NCBI GenBank assembly: GCA_024684055.1
Contig: JAIKXN010000178.1
Span: 8,741-72,740 of the forward strand
Source of the DNA: Lachnospiraceae bacterium
GTDB taxonomy: Bacteria > Bacillota > Clostridia > Lachnospirales > Lachnospiraceae
Reading direction: 5' to 3'
Length of the DNA stretch: 64,000 nucleotides
Positions 17,801-25,975 of the stretch are shown here, in pieces (position 1 is the first letter of the stretch; every line of letters starts with the position of its first letter). Made by a program: the position numbers and the translations under genes. The notes below the pieces were generated by a model. The model saw only the letters and a list, made by a program, of their open reading frames with translations, was not told the DNA's origin and searched no databases.

Positions 17801-19400
17801 CCATGTTGTCATGTATTCCGGTAAGTTTTTCGATTTCGTAAGGAATGGGTACATGAGGGTTTACAAATGCAGAGAACGAATTCTTGATGGCACCGTTAAC
17901 AACCTTAACCGCACCGATTTCTATAATCTGATGTTTGTAAGGCGAAATACCCGTGGTTTCGATATCAAATACCACGAATGAATCTGCCAGTGTTTCATCC
18001 TTGCATCCTACTGCAGCTTCAAAATCGTCATCGACAAGATAGCCTTCCATGCCACATATAAGTTTGAAAGGTTTTTCCTTGTAAAAATCATGCATGATAT
18101 GATCGACTTTCGGAAGTGCCTGAACAACACCGTGGTCTGTAACCGCAAGCGCGGGCCAACCCCACGAAGCAACGGTTTTTACAAGATCCTCTTCTTTTGA
18201 AACGCCGTCCATTTCAGAAAATCTTGTATGGCAGTGAAGTTCGACTCTTTTCTTTAATGATGTATCAAGTCTTGATGTCTTTTTGATGCTTGCAGGTTCT
18301 ATGCCTTTTATTCTCGATAATACGAGTTCGTTTCCGGAATATTTATCCATGGAAACCATACCTTTTAAGGCGATTTCCGAACCCTTTTTGATCATGCCCC
18401 TGCCCTGTTCGTAAAACTCGGGATAAAGCATAAGCTTACAGCTTATCGAATCGGTGCCATCATAGATATCGAAAAGAAGCATGTGATTCTCATTCTTAAG
18501 TTCCTTGTCTTCGTAATTGAAGACTTTGCCTTTTACGCAGATATCATCAATTTCATCTCTGATATCACATAAATCCGTAAAGGGACCGTCAACGCTGTCA
18601 CCGTACATGACACCGGGCTTGTCGGAGCGGATAAATTTCCTCGTATATCCGCCTCCGCTTTTTTTCTGAAAACCATTGCCCTGAAATGATTTTGATTTAT
18701 CATTTTCATAGGGTTTACTGTCTGATGCTTTTTCGTCATTTTCTTTCTTTTTGGTCTCAACTTTCATTGAAACCTTGCTTTCGCTTCCGCCGAGCATTTC
18801 TTCGTCATCGTCTCTTGCCGCTTCGGCGTGCTTTGATATATAGTCCTGAATTAAAATATCAACTTCATGATCGAATTCTTCCTTGATCTCATGAATAGTT
18901 GACTCCTTGTAATCGATCTGTATAACGCCTTCGACGTTACAGCGATATAAAAGTAATGTGTTAAGTGCCTTTAAAAGCCTGGCAGTCTGTATTTCTGAAA
19001 TAAATCCTTCTTCGATAATAACAAACATTGAATTCGGATTTTCGAAAACAATATCGCTTCTTGAGAGCATAGTATATAAAAGACCCGATTTGTTCTTTAT
19101 TTCCTGAAGAACCGTGTCTGAATACTCGTCCCAAAGATTCTGTAGATTATATTGTGAGGAAAGATTAAAAGAAGGAATTATGCTGACGTTTTCATAATCG
19201 TCGAAATAACTCTTCTTAAGATTCTTTAATATCTTTTCAATATTGTTGTAAGATATAAGATAATGTGATTCAGTAAATACCCGGACTGTTTTGGAATCGG
19301 CACTTTTGGAAACTTTTTTTACCCTGATTTCCGAAGCAATTTCATTCAGTTTTGAATCAAGTTTGATCTCAGGGAATACATCCAAAAATAAAACGTCCAT
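14844..19400 (-). CDS. polC: PolC-type DNA polymerase III alpha subunit
   Basis: PHP domain (ELHCHT), inserted exonuclease (VVFDIETTG), GSRGSVGSS, Zn finger (CKNC..CPVC), catalytic PDIDLNF. Confidence 0.98.
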   Translation of the reverse strand: MDVLFLDVFPEIKLDSKLNEIASEIRVKKVSKSADSKTVRVFTESHYLISYNNIEKILKNLKKSYFDDYENVSIIPSFNLSSQYNLQNLWDEYSDTVLQEIKNKSGLLYTMLSRSDIVFENPNSMFVIIEEGFISEIQTARLLKALNTLLLYRCNVEGVIQIDYKESTIHEIKEEFDHEVDILIQDYISKHAEAARDDDEEMLGGSESKVSMKVETKKKENDEKASDSKPYENDKSKSFQGNGFQKKSGGGYTRKFIRSDKPGVMYGDSVDGPFTDLCDIRDEIDDICVKGKVFNYEDKELKNENHMLLFDIYDGTDSISCKLMLYPEFYEQGRGMIKKGSEIALKGMVSMDKYSGNELVLSRIKGIEPASIKKTSRLDTSLKKRVELHCHTRFSEMDGVSKEEDLVKTVASWGWPALAVTDHGVVQALPKVDHIMHDFYKEKPFKLICGMEGYLVDDDFEAAVGCKDETLADSFVVFDIETTGISPYKHQIIEIGAVKVVNGAIKNSFSAFVNPHVPIPYEIEKLTGIHDNMVCDAPDISEVLPKFMEFCEGCVLVAHNAKFDVSFIKENCRRLDIIFDKVWIDTIIIARALLKDSSRFNLEAVAHKLKFKFGKEEHHRAVNDADVTAKIFAEFTHMLIGRKVFTLKELNEFVKNSPDSIRKKRAYHVSILVKNETGRINLNRLVSESHINYFHRSPKIPRSILQKYREGLIIGSACEAGELMEAILEEKSDEEIARIVDFYDYLEVMPIGNNEFMKYSDKPMHKNIQTDDDLRELNRYIVKLGEHFRKPVCATGDSHFINPEDAIYREIVHMNKFNKKTAKPDTEESPDDKQPPLYLHTTQEMLEEFDYLGAVKAEEIVITNTNMIADMCDDVCPTSKEKCPPELENSEENLRNCCYETAHKMYGENLPKDVEDRLETELNGIIENGYAVLYMIARNLVLKSEEDGYLVGSRGSVGSSFVATMSGITEVNPLHAHYYCKNCHYSDFESDLIKSFACMAGCDLPDKNCPVCGEKLEKAGFDIPFQTFLGFSGDKEPDIDLNFSGEYQGKAHRYTEVLFGKGHTFHAGTMSGIADKTSIAYVHDFYESKGIHKRNCEIARIAKGVEGVRKTTGQHPGGIVVLPHGREIYEFTAIQKPANDMETDVITTHYEYHDIDSNLLKLDILGHVDPTMMKFLEDATGTNCRDIPLDDKRVMSIFQTTTELGYEPNDIDGVVLGCMGIPEFGTRNTMNVLVKTKPQTFTDLIRISGLTHGTGVWDKNAETLIEEGKADITGVISTRDDIMTYLIKMGVESSEAFTIMENVRKGKVAKHKVDDKWEKWKEDMRAQNVPEWYIWSCEQIQYMFPKAHAAAYVTMGWRVGYYKVYYPLAYYAAYFSIRANKFSYETMCKGLQTLRQNMQFLMSLPKMSNAEEDSLDDMRLVEEFYVRGFEFMPIDLKLVKPDKFQVIDGKLMPSLKSIDGIADTAAKNIVEGCREGSFTSQADMMKKCRIGESVCNKLVEVGIIKDLPKSDQLSIFDL

Positions 19401-19409
19401 AATAATCTC

Positions 19410-20462
19410 CTAAGTCCAGTTATCAAGTTCATATTTCAAGGCTCCAAGCAGTTCTTCCTGAGGAAGTTTTTTAACCACTTCGCCTTTTTTGATAAGCAGG
19501 CCTTCATTAATACCGCCCGCTATACCGATATCCGCTTCTTTTGCTTCGCCGGGTCCGTTAACCACGCAGCCCATTACAGCCACTTTGATATTAAGCGGAT
19601 AGTCTTTGACCATATCTTCAACCTTGTTTGCAAGGCCGATAAGGTCTATTTTCGTTCTGCCGCAGGTAGGACATGAAATAACTTCAACGCCCTCTTTTCT
19701 TAGGCCGAGTGAACGAAGTATTGTTTTTGCCGATTTGATCTCTTCGAGAGGATCACCTGTAAGGGAAACCCTTATCGTATCTCCTATTCCTTCATGTAAA
19801 AGAATTCCGAGTCCTACGGAAGATTTGATATTGCCGGTATATATCGTTCCTGCTTCGGTAATGCCGACATGTAAAGGATAATCGGTTGCTTCGCTGACAA
19901 GTTCATAAGCCTCGACGCACATCGGAACATTCGAAGATTTGATGCTGATAACGAGGTTGTTATATCCTTCTTCTTCGATCATTCTTACTTTGTCAAGAGC
20001 AGATTCAACAAGTCCTTTTGCAGTAACACCGTTATATTTCGCCACAAGTTCCTTTTCAAGAGAACCCGAATTAACACCGACTCTGATGGGAATGTTTCTT
20101 TCTTTGGCAACTTTTACCACTTCCGAAAGTTTTTCCTTTCCGCCGATATTTCCGGGATTGATTCTTATTTTATCCGCACCGTTTTCCATTGCGAGAATTG
20201 CCATCTTGTAATCAAAATGAATATCCGCAACACAGGGAATATGCACACTTTTTTTGATCTTTCCGAAAGACTCTGCAGCCTCTTTCGTAGGAACGGTTAG
20301 CCTTATGATCTCGCATCCCGCAGCTTCAAGCGCAAGGATCTGATCGATGTTTTTCTGTGTATCCTCTGTGGGAAAATTGGTCATGGACTGAATAAGAATA
20401 GGATTGTTGTTTCCTATAACAGCATTTCCGATTTTAATTTCCCTTGTTAATTTTCTCTTCAT
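19410..20462 (-). CDS. ispG: (E)-4-hydroxy-3-methylbut-2-enyl-diphosphate synthase
   Basis: ADIHF, RINPGN, RVGVNSGSL, CPTCGR and GCVVNGPGEA. Confidence 0.98.
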   Translation of the reverse strand: MKRKLTREIKIGNAVIGNNNPILIQSMTNFPTEDTQKNIDQILALEAAGCEIIRLTVPTKEAAESFGKIKKSVHIPCVADIHFDYKMAILAMENGADKIRINPGNIGGKEKLSEVVKVAKERNIPIRVGVNSGSLEKELVAKYNGVTAKGLVESALDKVRMIEEEGYNNLVISIKSSNVPMCVEAYELVSEATDYPLHVGITEAGTIYTGNIKSSVGLGILLHEGIGDTIRVSLTGDPLEEIKSAKTILRSLGLRKEGVEVISCPTCGRTKIDLIGLANKVEDMVKDYPLNIKVAVMGCVVNGPGEAKEADIGIAGGINEGLLIKKGEVVKKLPQEELLGALKYELDNWT

Positions 20463-20466
20463 AAAA

Positions 20467-20502
20467 ACCTCTGAAATATCATTTGAAATATTATCTGAAA
20501 AA
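20467..20502. repeat. Three 12-bp tandem units spanning the rseP stop codon and spacer
   Basis: Minus strand TTTTTCAGATAA / TATTTCAAATGA / TATTTCAGAGGT. Confidence 0.6.
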
Positions 20503-21591
20503 TTTGGTAATGTCGTTTATCAAAACAAAGACAGACAGGATAAGAAGAACTACGATTCCGGCCAAATGAATATAAGCTTCAGCCGTCTTGGGTACCTTCT
20601 TTCCGATGATTGCTTCGATGACCAGGAATACAAGTCTTCCTCCGTCGAGCGCAGGAAAAGGAAGAAGATTCATGACTCCCAGATTGACATTAAACAATAC
20701 GGCAAGATTAAACATATTGAGTATAACCACGAACGCACCGTAATCTTTTGTTTCTTCGATCGTGGTATCGATAACTTTTGCTATACCGACAGGTCCGGCA
20801 AGATCGTCTTTGTTGAGTTTTCCCGTAAAGAGCATTCTTAAAGATTTGAATGTCGCTTTAAGGAAAAATCTCACTTCAAGCGCCGAATATTTGAAAACCT
20901 TCAGATTCCGGCAGTCGATATAATCATCGGTTACTATACCAAGTAATTTTCCCTGCGTAGAATCGGTAAAGCTTACGGTCTCAGACATTTTCTGACCGTT
21001 TCTTTCGAACTCAACCTCCCATTTATCACCGAGTTCCGTAATAAGCATAAGTTTGATATCTTGGATAAAATAAACCTTTTCGTTATTAATCGCGGTTATC
21101 CTGTCCCCTACGCGGATCCCGGCCTTATATGCGGGATAATCTTCCATTATGTCGGTAACGGTCGTACCGTTTTCTCCGCTGAAAAATACAACAAAAATAG
21201 CAAGCAGGAAAGCAAGAATGATATTAAAGAAAGGTCCTGCGCAGACAGTAGCGATTCTTGCGAAAACCGAAGCATCATTAAATGAAATGTTCTTTTTGTC
21301 TTTTTCAAGATCTTCGGACAGTTTCTCTTCGTTTTCTTTTTCTTCCTCTTCTTCGTCAAGCTCATCGGGGTTTTCAAATATACAGGCTCCCCCGAAAGGA
21401 AGAGCCCTTAATGAATACTCTGTATCGCCTTTTTTAAAATGTATGATCTTCGGACCGAGCCCGATCGTAAATTCAATTACTTTTATGCCGTTTGCCCTGG
21501 CGATCAGGTAATGACCGCCTTCATGGCATATAACAATGAGGCTGAACATAATTATAAAAGAAATTATTGTCCACAAAATTGATAAATCCAT
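20491..21591 (-). CDS. rseP: RIP metalloprotease RseP
   Basis: HEGGH (HExxH), one PDZ-like domain, NLLPFPALDGG; conserved position after dxr. Confidence 0.96.
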   Translation of the reverse strand: MDLSILWTIISFIIMFSLIVICHEGGHYLIARANGIKVIEFTIGLGPKIIHFKKGDTEYSLRALPFGGACIFENPDELDEEEEEKENEEKLSEDLEKDKKNISFNDASVFARIATVCAGPFFNIILAFLLAIFVVFFSGENGTTVTDIMEDYPAYKAGIRVGDRITAINNEKVYFIQDIKLMLITELGDKWEVEFERNGQKMSETVSFTDSTQGKLLGIVTDDYIDCRNLKVFKYSALEVRFFLKATFKSLRMLFTGKLNKDDLAGPVGIAKVIDTTIEETKDYGAFVVILNMFNLAVLFNVNLGVMNLLPFPALDGGRLVFLVIEAIIGKKVPKTAEAYIHLAGIVVLLILSVFVLINDITKFFR

Positions 21592-21692
21592 AGTTAATCC
21601 TTACAGCTTTCAAAACTTCGATTCTGTTTATTTGTACATAAACAGATATATCAGAATTTCCATTCAATTTTTTGCACATAAACTTATTAATT

Positions 21693-22853
21693 TCAAAACT
21701 TCGATCCGATATATCCGTACACTTCCTTCTCGGCGTTTAATATCTCATCCAAAGAAGGAGTAAGGCAGTAATCGAAATCAAGTTTCAGTGCTTCTTCTAT
21801 TACATCGTAAATCTGAAGGAATTTAATCCTGCCTTCCTGAAAATACCTGTTTGCGATTTCATTTGCGGCATTAAATACCGTCGTATAAACATAACCTCTT
21901 TTATACGATTCGGTTGCAAGTTTGATTCCCTTAAAAGTATCATGATCGGGCTTTAAGAAATCAATCTTCGAGAGTTCGAAGAAATCTATCTTTCGATTGG
22001 GCATTGTCTGTCTGTTACCCTCATAAAGCGCATACTGGATCGGAAGTTTCATGTCCGGAAGTCCGAGCTGTGCCAGAACTGCATTGTCTTTGAACTGTAC
22101 CATCGAATGAATAATGCTCTGCGGATGAATGATAACTTCAACGTCCTCTATTTCGACATCAAAAAGCCATTTTGCTTCGATCACCTCAAGTCCTTTATTG
22201 ACAAGCGATGCTGAATCGATCGTAATCTTCTTTCCCATCGCCCAGTTGGGATGATTGAGTGCATCCTTTAAAGAAACATCTTTAAGATCATCGTATGTCC
22301 TGCCGAGAAAAGGTCCGCCGCTTGCGGTTAAAAGAATTTTATCCACCATTGAACGGTCCTGTGCTTTAAGGCACTGGAAAATTGCGGAATGTTCACTGTC
22401 AACCGGATAAAGCGTTACGTTTTTTTCTTTACATAAGGGTATTATAATATGTCCTGCTGTAACAAGCGTCTCCTTGTTGGCGAGGGCTATATCTTTTCCT
22501 GCATTGATTGCGGCAACGGTAGGCCTTATTCCTATCATTCCGACCATGGCGGCAACAAGCATGTCATTCTTATCAAGCGTTGCAATGAATTCGAGTCCTT
22601 CCATTCCGAAAAGTACTTTTACACTGCTTAAGTCCGATACTTTCAATGCGAGATCGTCAGCTGCTTTTTTGTCATATAAAACAGCATATTCAGGTGAAAA
22701 CTCTCTTATCTGTTTTTCCATAAGCTCAACATTCGAATAAGCCGCTAGTGCGAGTATGGAAAAGTCATCTTTTTTATCTCTTACTATCTCAAGCGTCTGG
22801 GTACCGATCGAACCGGTCGAACCGAGAACAACAAGATTTTTCTTTCTGTTCAT
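21693..22853 (-). CDS. dxr: 1-deoxy-D-xylulose-5-phosphate reductoisomerase
   Basis: LGSTGSIG, LANKE, PVDSEHSA, HPNWAMG, NKGLEVIEA. Confidence 0.98.
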   Translation of the reverse strand: MNRKKNLVVLGSTGSIGTQTLEIVRDKKDDFSILALAAYSNVELMEKQIREFSPEYAVLYDKKAADDLALKVSDLSSVKVLFGMEGLEFIATLDKNDMLVAAMVGMIGIRPTVAAINAGKDIALANKETLVTAGHIIIPLCKEKNVTLYPVDSEHSAIFQCLKAQDRSMVDKILLTASGGPFLGRTYDDLKDVSLKDALNHPNWAMGKKITIDSASLVNKGLEVIEAKWLFDVEIEDVEVIIHPQSIIHSMVQFKDNAVLAQLGLPDMKLPIQYALYEGNRQTMPNRKIDFFELSKIDFLKPDHDTFKGIKLATESYKRGYVYTTVFNAANEIANRYFQEGRIKFLQIYDVIEEALKLDFDYCLTPSLDEILNAEKEVYGYIGSKF

Positions 22854-22868
22854 AAAAGCTCCGAAATA

Positions 22869-23759
22869 TTATTGCATAAATAATACGATCAGGAAATATA
22901 CCATGGGCGCTGTAAAAAGAACGGAGTCGAATCGATCGAGAATTCCTCCGTGTCCGGGTATAACATTTCCGTAATCCTTAACATTGTTGTTTCTTTTAAC
23001 AGCAGAAGCAACAAGATCGCCGCACATGGCTATAAAAGCGCCAATGCATCCTATTACAAAGAATATCGGCAGTAAGCCGAGATTATACTTTAATACTTTA
23101 ACATATATAAGACCGAAAAGCGTCGAGGCTATGCCTGAACCAAGAATGCCGCCGATAGCGCCTTCCCAGCTCTTTTTCGGGGAAAGATTGGGCGTCATTT
23201 TATGCTTTCCGATTGCAGAGCCCACGAAATAAGCGGATGTATCCGAAACCCAGGATGTAATAAAAATGATCCAGATAAGGAAAATGCCGTTTTCGAGTTC
23301 TCTTGTATAATATATGAACGACATCATGAAAGATGTGTAAATAAGGCCGAAAATACCGCCTGCCACCTGGTTTATATGGAATTTGGGATAAGCAAAAATG
23401 TATGAGCAGAGAATTCCTATAACGCCAACCATAAAGATAAGCAGGATCAAAATCGTATAATTGTTAAAAAATCCTATCGATGAAAAAAGCCAGTCGTGAA
23501 TATTCTCGGGAAATAACCAGAATACAAATTCATAAAACAAAAGCATGATGTAATATAAAATTATGGTTATTAATCCTATAGCCTCAATTGCATTAAATCT
23601 GTGACCTTCCTGTCTGACTTTACTGGCCTTGGTATATTCGATATAAGCCATGGATGAAAGTATCGCAAGAGCTATGGCAAGAAACGGACCGCCGATAAGA
23701 CCGAATACCAAAGTAAGCGCCAGGATAACAGCTCCGCTAAAAAATCTTTTCCAAAACAT
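22869..23759 (-). CDS. cdsA: Phosphatidate cytidylyltransferase
   Basis: Multi-TM protein with SPKKSWEG and PGHGGILDRFDS. Confidence 0.96.
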   Translation of the reverse strand: MFWKRFFSGAVILALTLVFGLIGGPFLAIALAILSSMAYIEYTKASKVRQEGHRFNAIEAIGLITIILYYIMLLFYEFVFWLFPENIHDWLFSSIGFFNNYTILILLIFMVGVIGILCSYIFAYPKFHINQVAGGIFGLIYTSFMMSFIYYTRELENGIFLIWIIFITSWVSDTSAYFVGSAIGKHKMTPNLSPKKSWEGAIGGILGSGIASTLFGLIYVKVLKYNLGLLPIFFVIGCIGAFIAMCGDLVASAVKRNNNVKDYGNVIPGHGGILDRFDSVLFTAPMVYFLIVLFMQ

Positions 23760-23774
23760 CAGTAGAAATCTCCT

Positions 23775-24485
23775 CTATTTTGCATCGCCGAAGCGTCTGT
23801 CTCTCTTATTGTATTCTTCTATCGCTTTTATAAGTTCTTCTTTGCCGAAATCGGGCCAGTGGCATGAAGCAAAATAAAATTCGCTGTATGCTATTTGCCA
23901 TAAAAGAAAGTTTGAAATTCTCTGTTCACCGCTCGTTCTTATAAGAAGATCCGGGTCCGGAATATCTTTGGTATCCAGATTGTCGGATATATATCTCTCA
24001 TCAATGTCAGAAGGTTCAAGCTCGCCGTTTTTGATCTTTTCGGCTGTCCTTTGCATCATTCGTTTTATTTCGTCTCTTGAACCGTAATTAATGGCTATCT
24101 GGAACTGAAGCCCCGTATTGTTCTTCGAATCCTCTTCAAGATCGCGTATAAGGTCCTGAATATCGGTTGCAAGTCCGGTTTTGTCACCTATGATCCTGAT
24201 ACGGACATTGTTTTTTGCAGCTTTTTTAAAACCCGAAGAAAGATAACTCCTTAAAAGAGTCATCAGTGCTGATACTTCATCTTCGCTTCTTTTCCAGTTT
24301 TCGGTTGAAAATGCATATACCGTGAAATATTTAATACCTAACTCGTCGCAGATATATAACATGTCTTCAACGTTTTTGCCGCCCTGGACATGTCCCATCT
24401 TACGGGGAAGTCCTTTAGCCTTGGCCCATCTTCCGTTTCCGTCCATAATGACGGCCACATGGGTGGGAATTTTTAAATTATCCAT
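23775..24485 (-). CDS. uppS: Undecaprenyl diphosphate synthase
   Basis: IMDGNGRWA, YAFSTENW, RTSGEQRISNFLLWQ. Confidence 0.98.
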   Translation of the reverse strand: MDNLKIPTHVAVIMDGNGRWAKAKGLPRKMGHVQGGKNVEDMLYICDELGIKYFTVYAFSTENWKRSEDEVSALMTLLRSYLSSGFKKAAKNNVRIRIIGDKTGLATDIQDLIRDLEEDSKNNTGLQFQIAINYGSRDEIKRMMQRTAEKIKNGELEPSDIDERYISDNLDTKDIPDPDLLIRTSGEQRISNFLLWQIAYSEFYFASCHWPDFGKEELIKAIEEYNKRDRRFGDAK

Positions 24486-24533
24486 GATTTTTCCATTTCT
24501 TTCGCGAAAGTATTTTCAATCAAATTCTTATAC

Positions 24534-24563
24534 AGTATACCACATAATAATATAAGCGTTCAA
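24534..24563 (-). promoter_or_regulatory. sigmaA promoter of uppS, overlapping the frr terminator-like hairpin
   Basis: TTGAAC-N18-TATACT with a TGn extension. Confidence 0.55.
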
Positions 24564-24582
24564 ACTTATTTGAACGCTTATA
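24551..24582. terminator. Perfect 14-bp inverted repeat downstream of frr (likely terminator)
   Basis: TATAAGCGTTCAAA-CTTA-TTTGAACGCTTATA; only a weak U tract follows. Confidence 0.65.
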
Positions 24583-24636
24583 CAGTAAAATATCTATAAC
24601 TTTTTTCGTTAAAAATTTCTATTGTTTTTTGAAAAC

Positions 24637-25188
24637 CTAGACAGTAAGAATCTCTTTGGCCTTTTCTTCGATAAGTACATCAATATCCTTGATGAACTTG
24701 TCTGTAATTTTCTGAAGTTCATCCTGAAGATCCTTGATCTCATCCTCTGAAATCTCGGTTTTGGAAAGTTTCTTGAAAGAATCGTTTCCGTCACGTCTGA
24801 TATTTCTGATGGCTACTTTGGCTTCTTCGCCTTTCTTTCTTACTTCCTTAACAAGATCTTTTCGTCTTTCCTCAGTAAGTTCGGGGAAAACAAGTCTGAT
24901 AACGGAGCCGTCGTTTGAAGGAGTAATTCCTACGTCAGAAGCCATGATTGCTTTCTCAATGTCTTTAATGATCTTCTTTTCCCAGGGAGAAATCTGAATT
25001 ACTCTGGGTTCGGGAACAGATACGTTTCCAACGCCCTGGATGGGTGTCATTGTTCCGTAATAATCTACCATAACTCTGTCGAGCACGTGAGGATTGGCTC
25101 TGCCGGCTCTGATAGTCTGGAAATCAGCTGTAAGATGCTCGATCGTTTTCTTCATTTTCTCATCATAAGATACAAGTTGTTCTTTCAT
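24637..25188 (-). CDS. frr: Ribosome recycling factor
   Basis: IRAGRANP, PELTEERRK, KVAIRNIRRD. Confidence 0.98.
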   Translation of the reverse strand: MKEQLVSYDEKMKKTIEHLTADFQTIRAGRANPHVLDRVMVDYYGTMTPIQGVGNVSVPEPRVIQISPWEKKIIKDIEKAIMASDVGITPSNDGSVIRLVFPELTEERRKDLVKEVRKKGEEAKVAIRNIRRDGNDSFKKLSKTEISEDEIKDLQDELQKITDKFIKDIDVLIEEKAKEILTV

Positions 25189-25199
25189 ATAAGCCCCCT

Positions 25200-25895
25200 T
25201 TATTCCACGGTAACCTTCGTTCCGTTAAATTCTCCGTAAAGTGCATTAACTATTGAATTCTCTCCCTCGAGTCCGAATACCCAAAGTTCCATCTTATTGT
25301 CTCTTGCAAGAATCGAAGCCGTCATATCTACAACCTGAAGATTCTTGGCAATTACATCGTTAATGCTTATTGTGTCATATTTAACCGCTGAAGGGTCTTT
25401 TGCGGGATCTGCCGAATATACGCCGTCAATGGATTTTGCAAGAAGAACCATATCGGCTTCAATCTCAATGGCTCTTAATACCGTAGGTGTATCCGTTGAA
25501 AAATAAGGATGTCCCGAGCCGCCCGCAAAGAATACCACTTTGCCTTTTTTGAAGTATTTATTGGCTCTGTCTTTTGAAAACAACTTTGTAAAGGCGCCAA
25601 CCTCAAAAGGTGTAAGTATGTCTGTTTCAAGTCCGACAGATCTGAAAATCTCGGAAACATAAATGCAGTTCATTACCGTGGCAAGCATTCCGATCTGGTC
25701 GGCTTTTGTTCTGTCGATATTCTCGCTTGTTCTGCCTCTCCAGAAGTTACCGCCGCCGATGACGATTCCTACTTCGGCTCCTCTGTCATGAATTTCTTTT
25801 ACCTGAAGTGCTACTTTTTTTACGGTTTCTTCGTCAAATCCGAACTTTTTCTCGCCGGCCAACGCTTCACCGCTTAATTTAAGCAATATTCTCAT
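25200..25895 (-). CDS. pyrH: UMP kinase
   Basis: LLKLSGE, IGGGNFWRG, HPYFSTD, DGVYSADP. Confidence 0.98.
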   Translation of the reverse strand: MRILLKLSGEALAGEKKFGFDEETVKKVALQVKEIHDRGAEVGIVIGGGNFWRGRTSENIDRTKADQIGMLATVMNCIYVSEIFRSVGLETDILTPFEVGAFTKLFSKDRANKYFKKGKVVFFAGGSGHPYFSTDTPTVLRAIEIEADMVLLAKSIDGVYSADPAKDPSAVKYDTISINDVIAKNLQVVDMTASILARDNKMELWVFGLEGENSIVNALYGEFNGTKVTVE

Positions 25896-25935
25896 GTAAA
25901 TACCTCTTTATTCAAATTAGTTACTACACTCAAAT

Positions 25936-25964
25936 ATTATACTCTTTTAAGGTATTAAAGGCAA
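25936..25964 (-). promoter_or_regulatory. sigmaA promoter of pyrH-frr
   Basis: TTGCCT-N17-TATAAT. Confidence 0.7.
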
Positions 25965-25975
25965 TAATCGAGGAA

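Noticed and set aside
14844-19400. Intein, intron or frameshift in polC
   Set aside because: Domain order and length (1518 aa) fit a normal PolC, the frame is uninterrupted, and no splicing motifs are evident.
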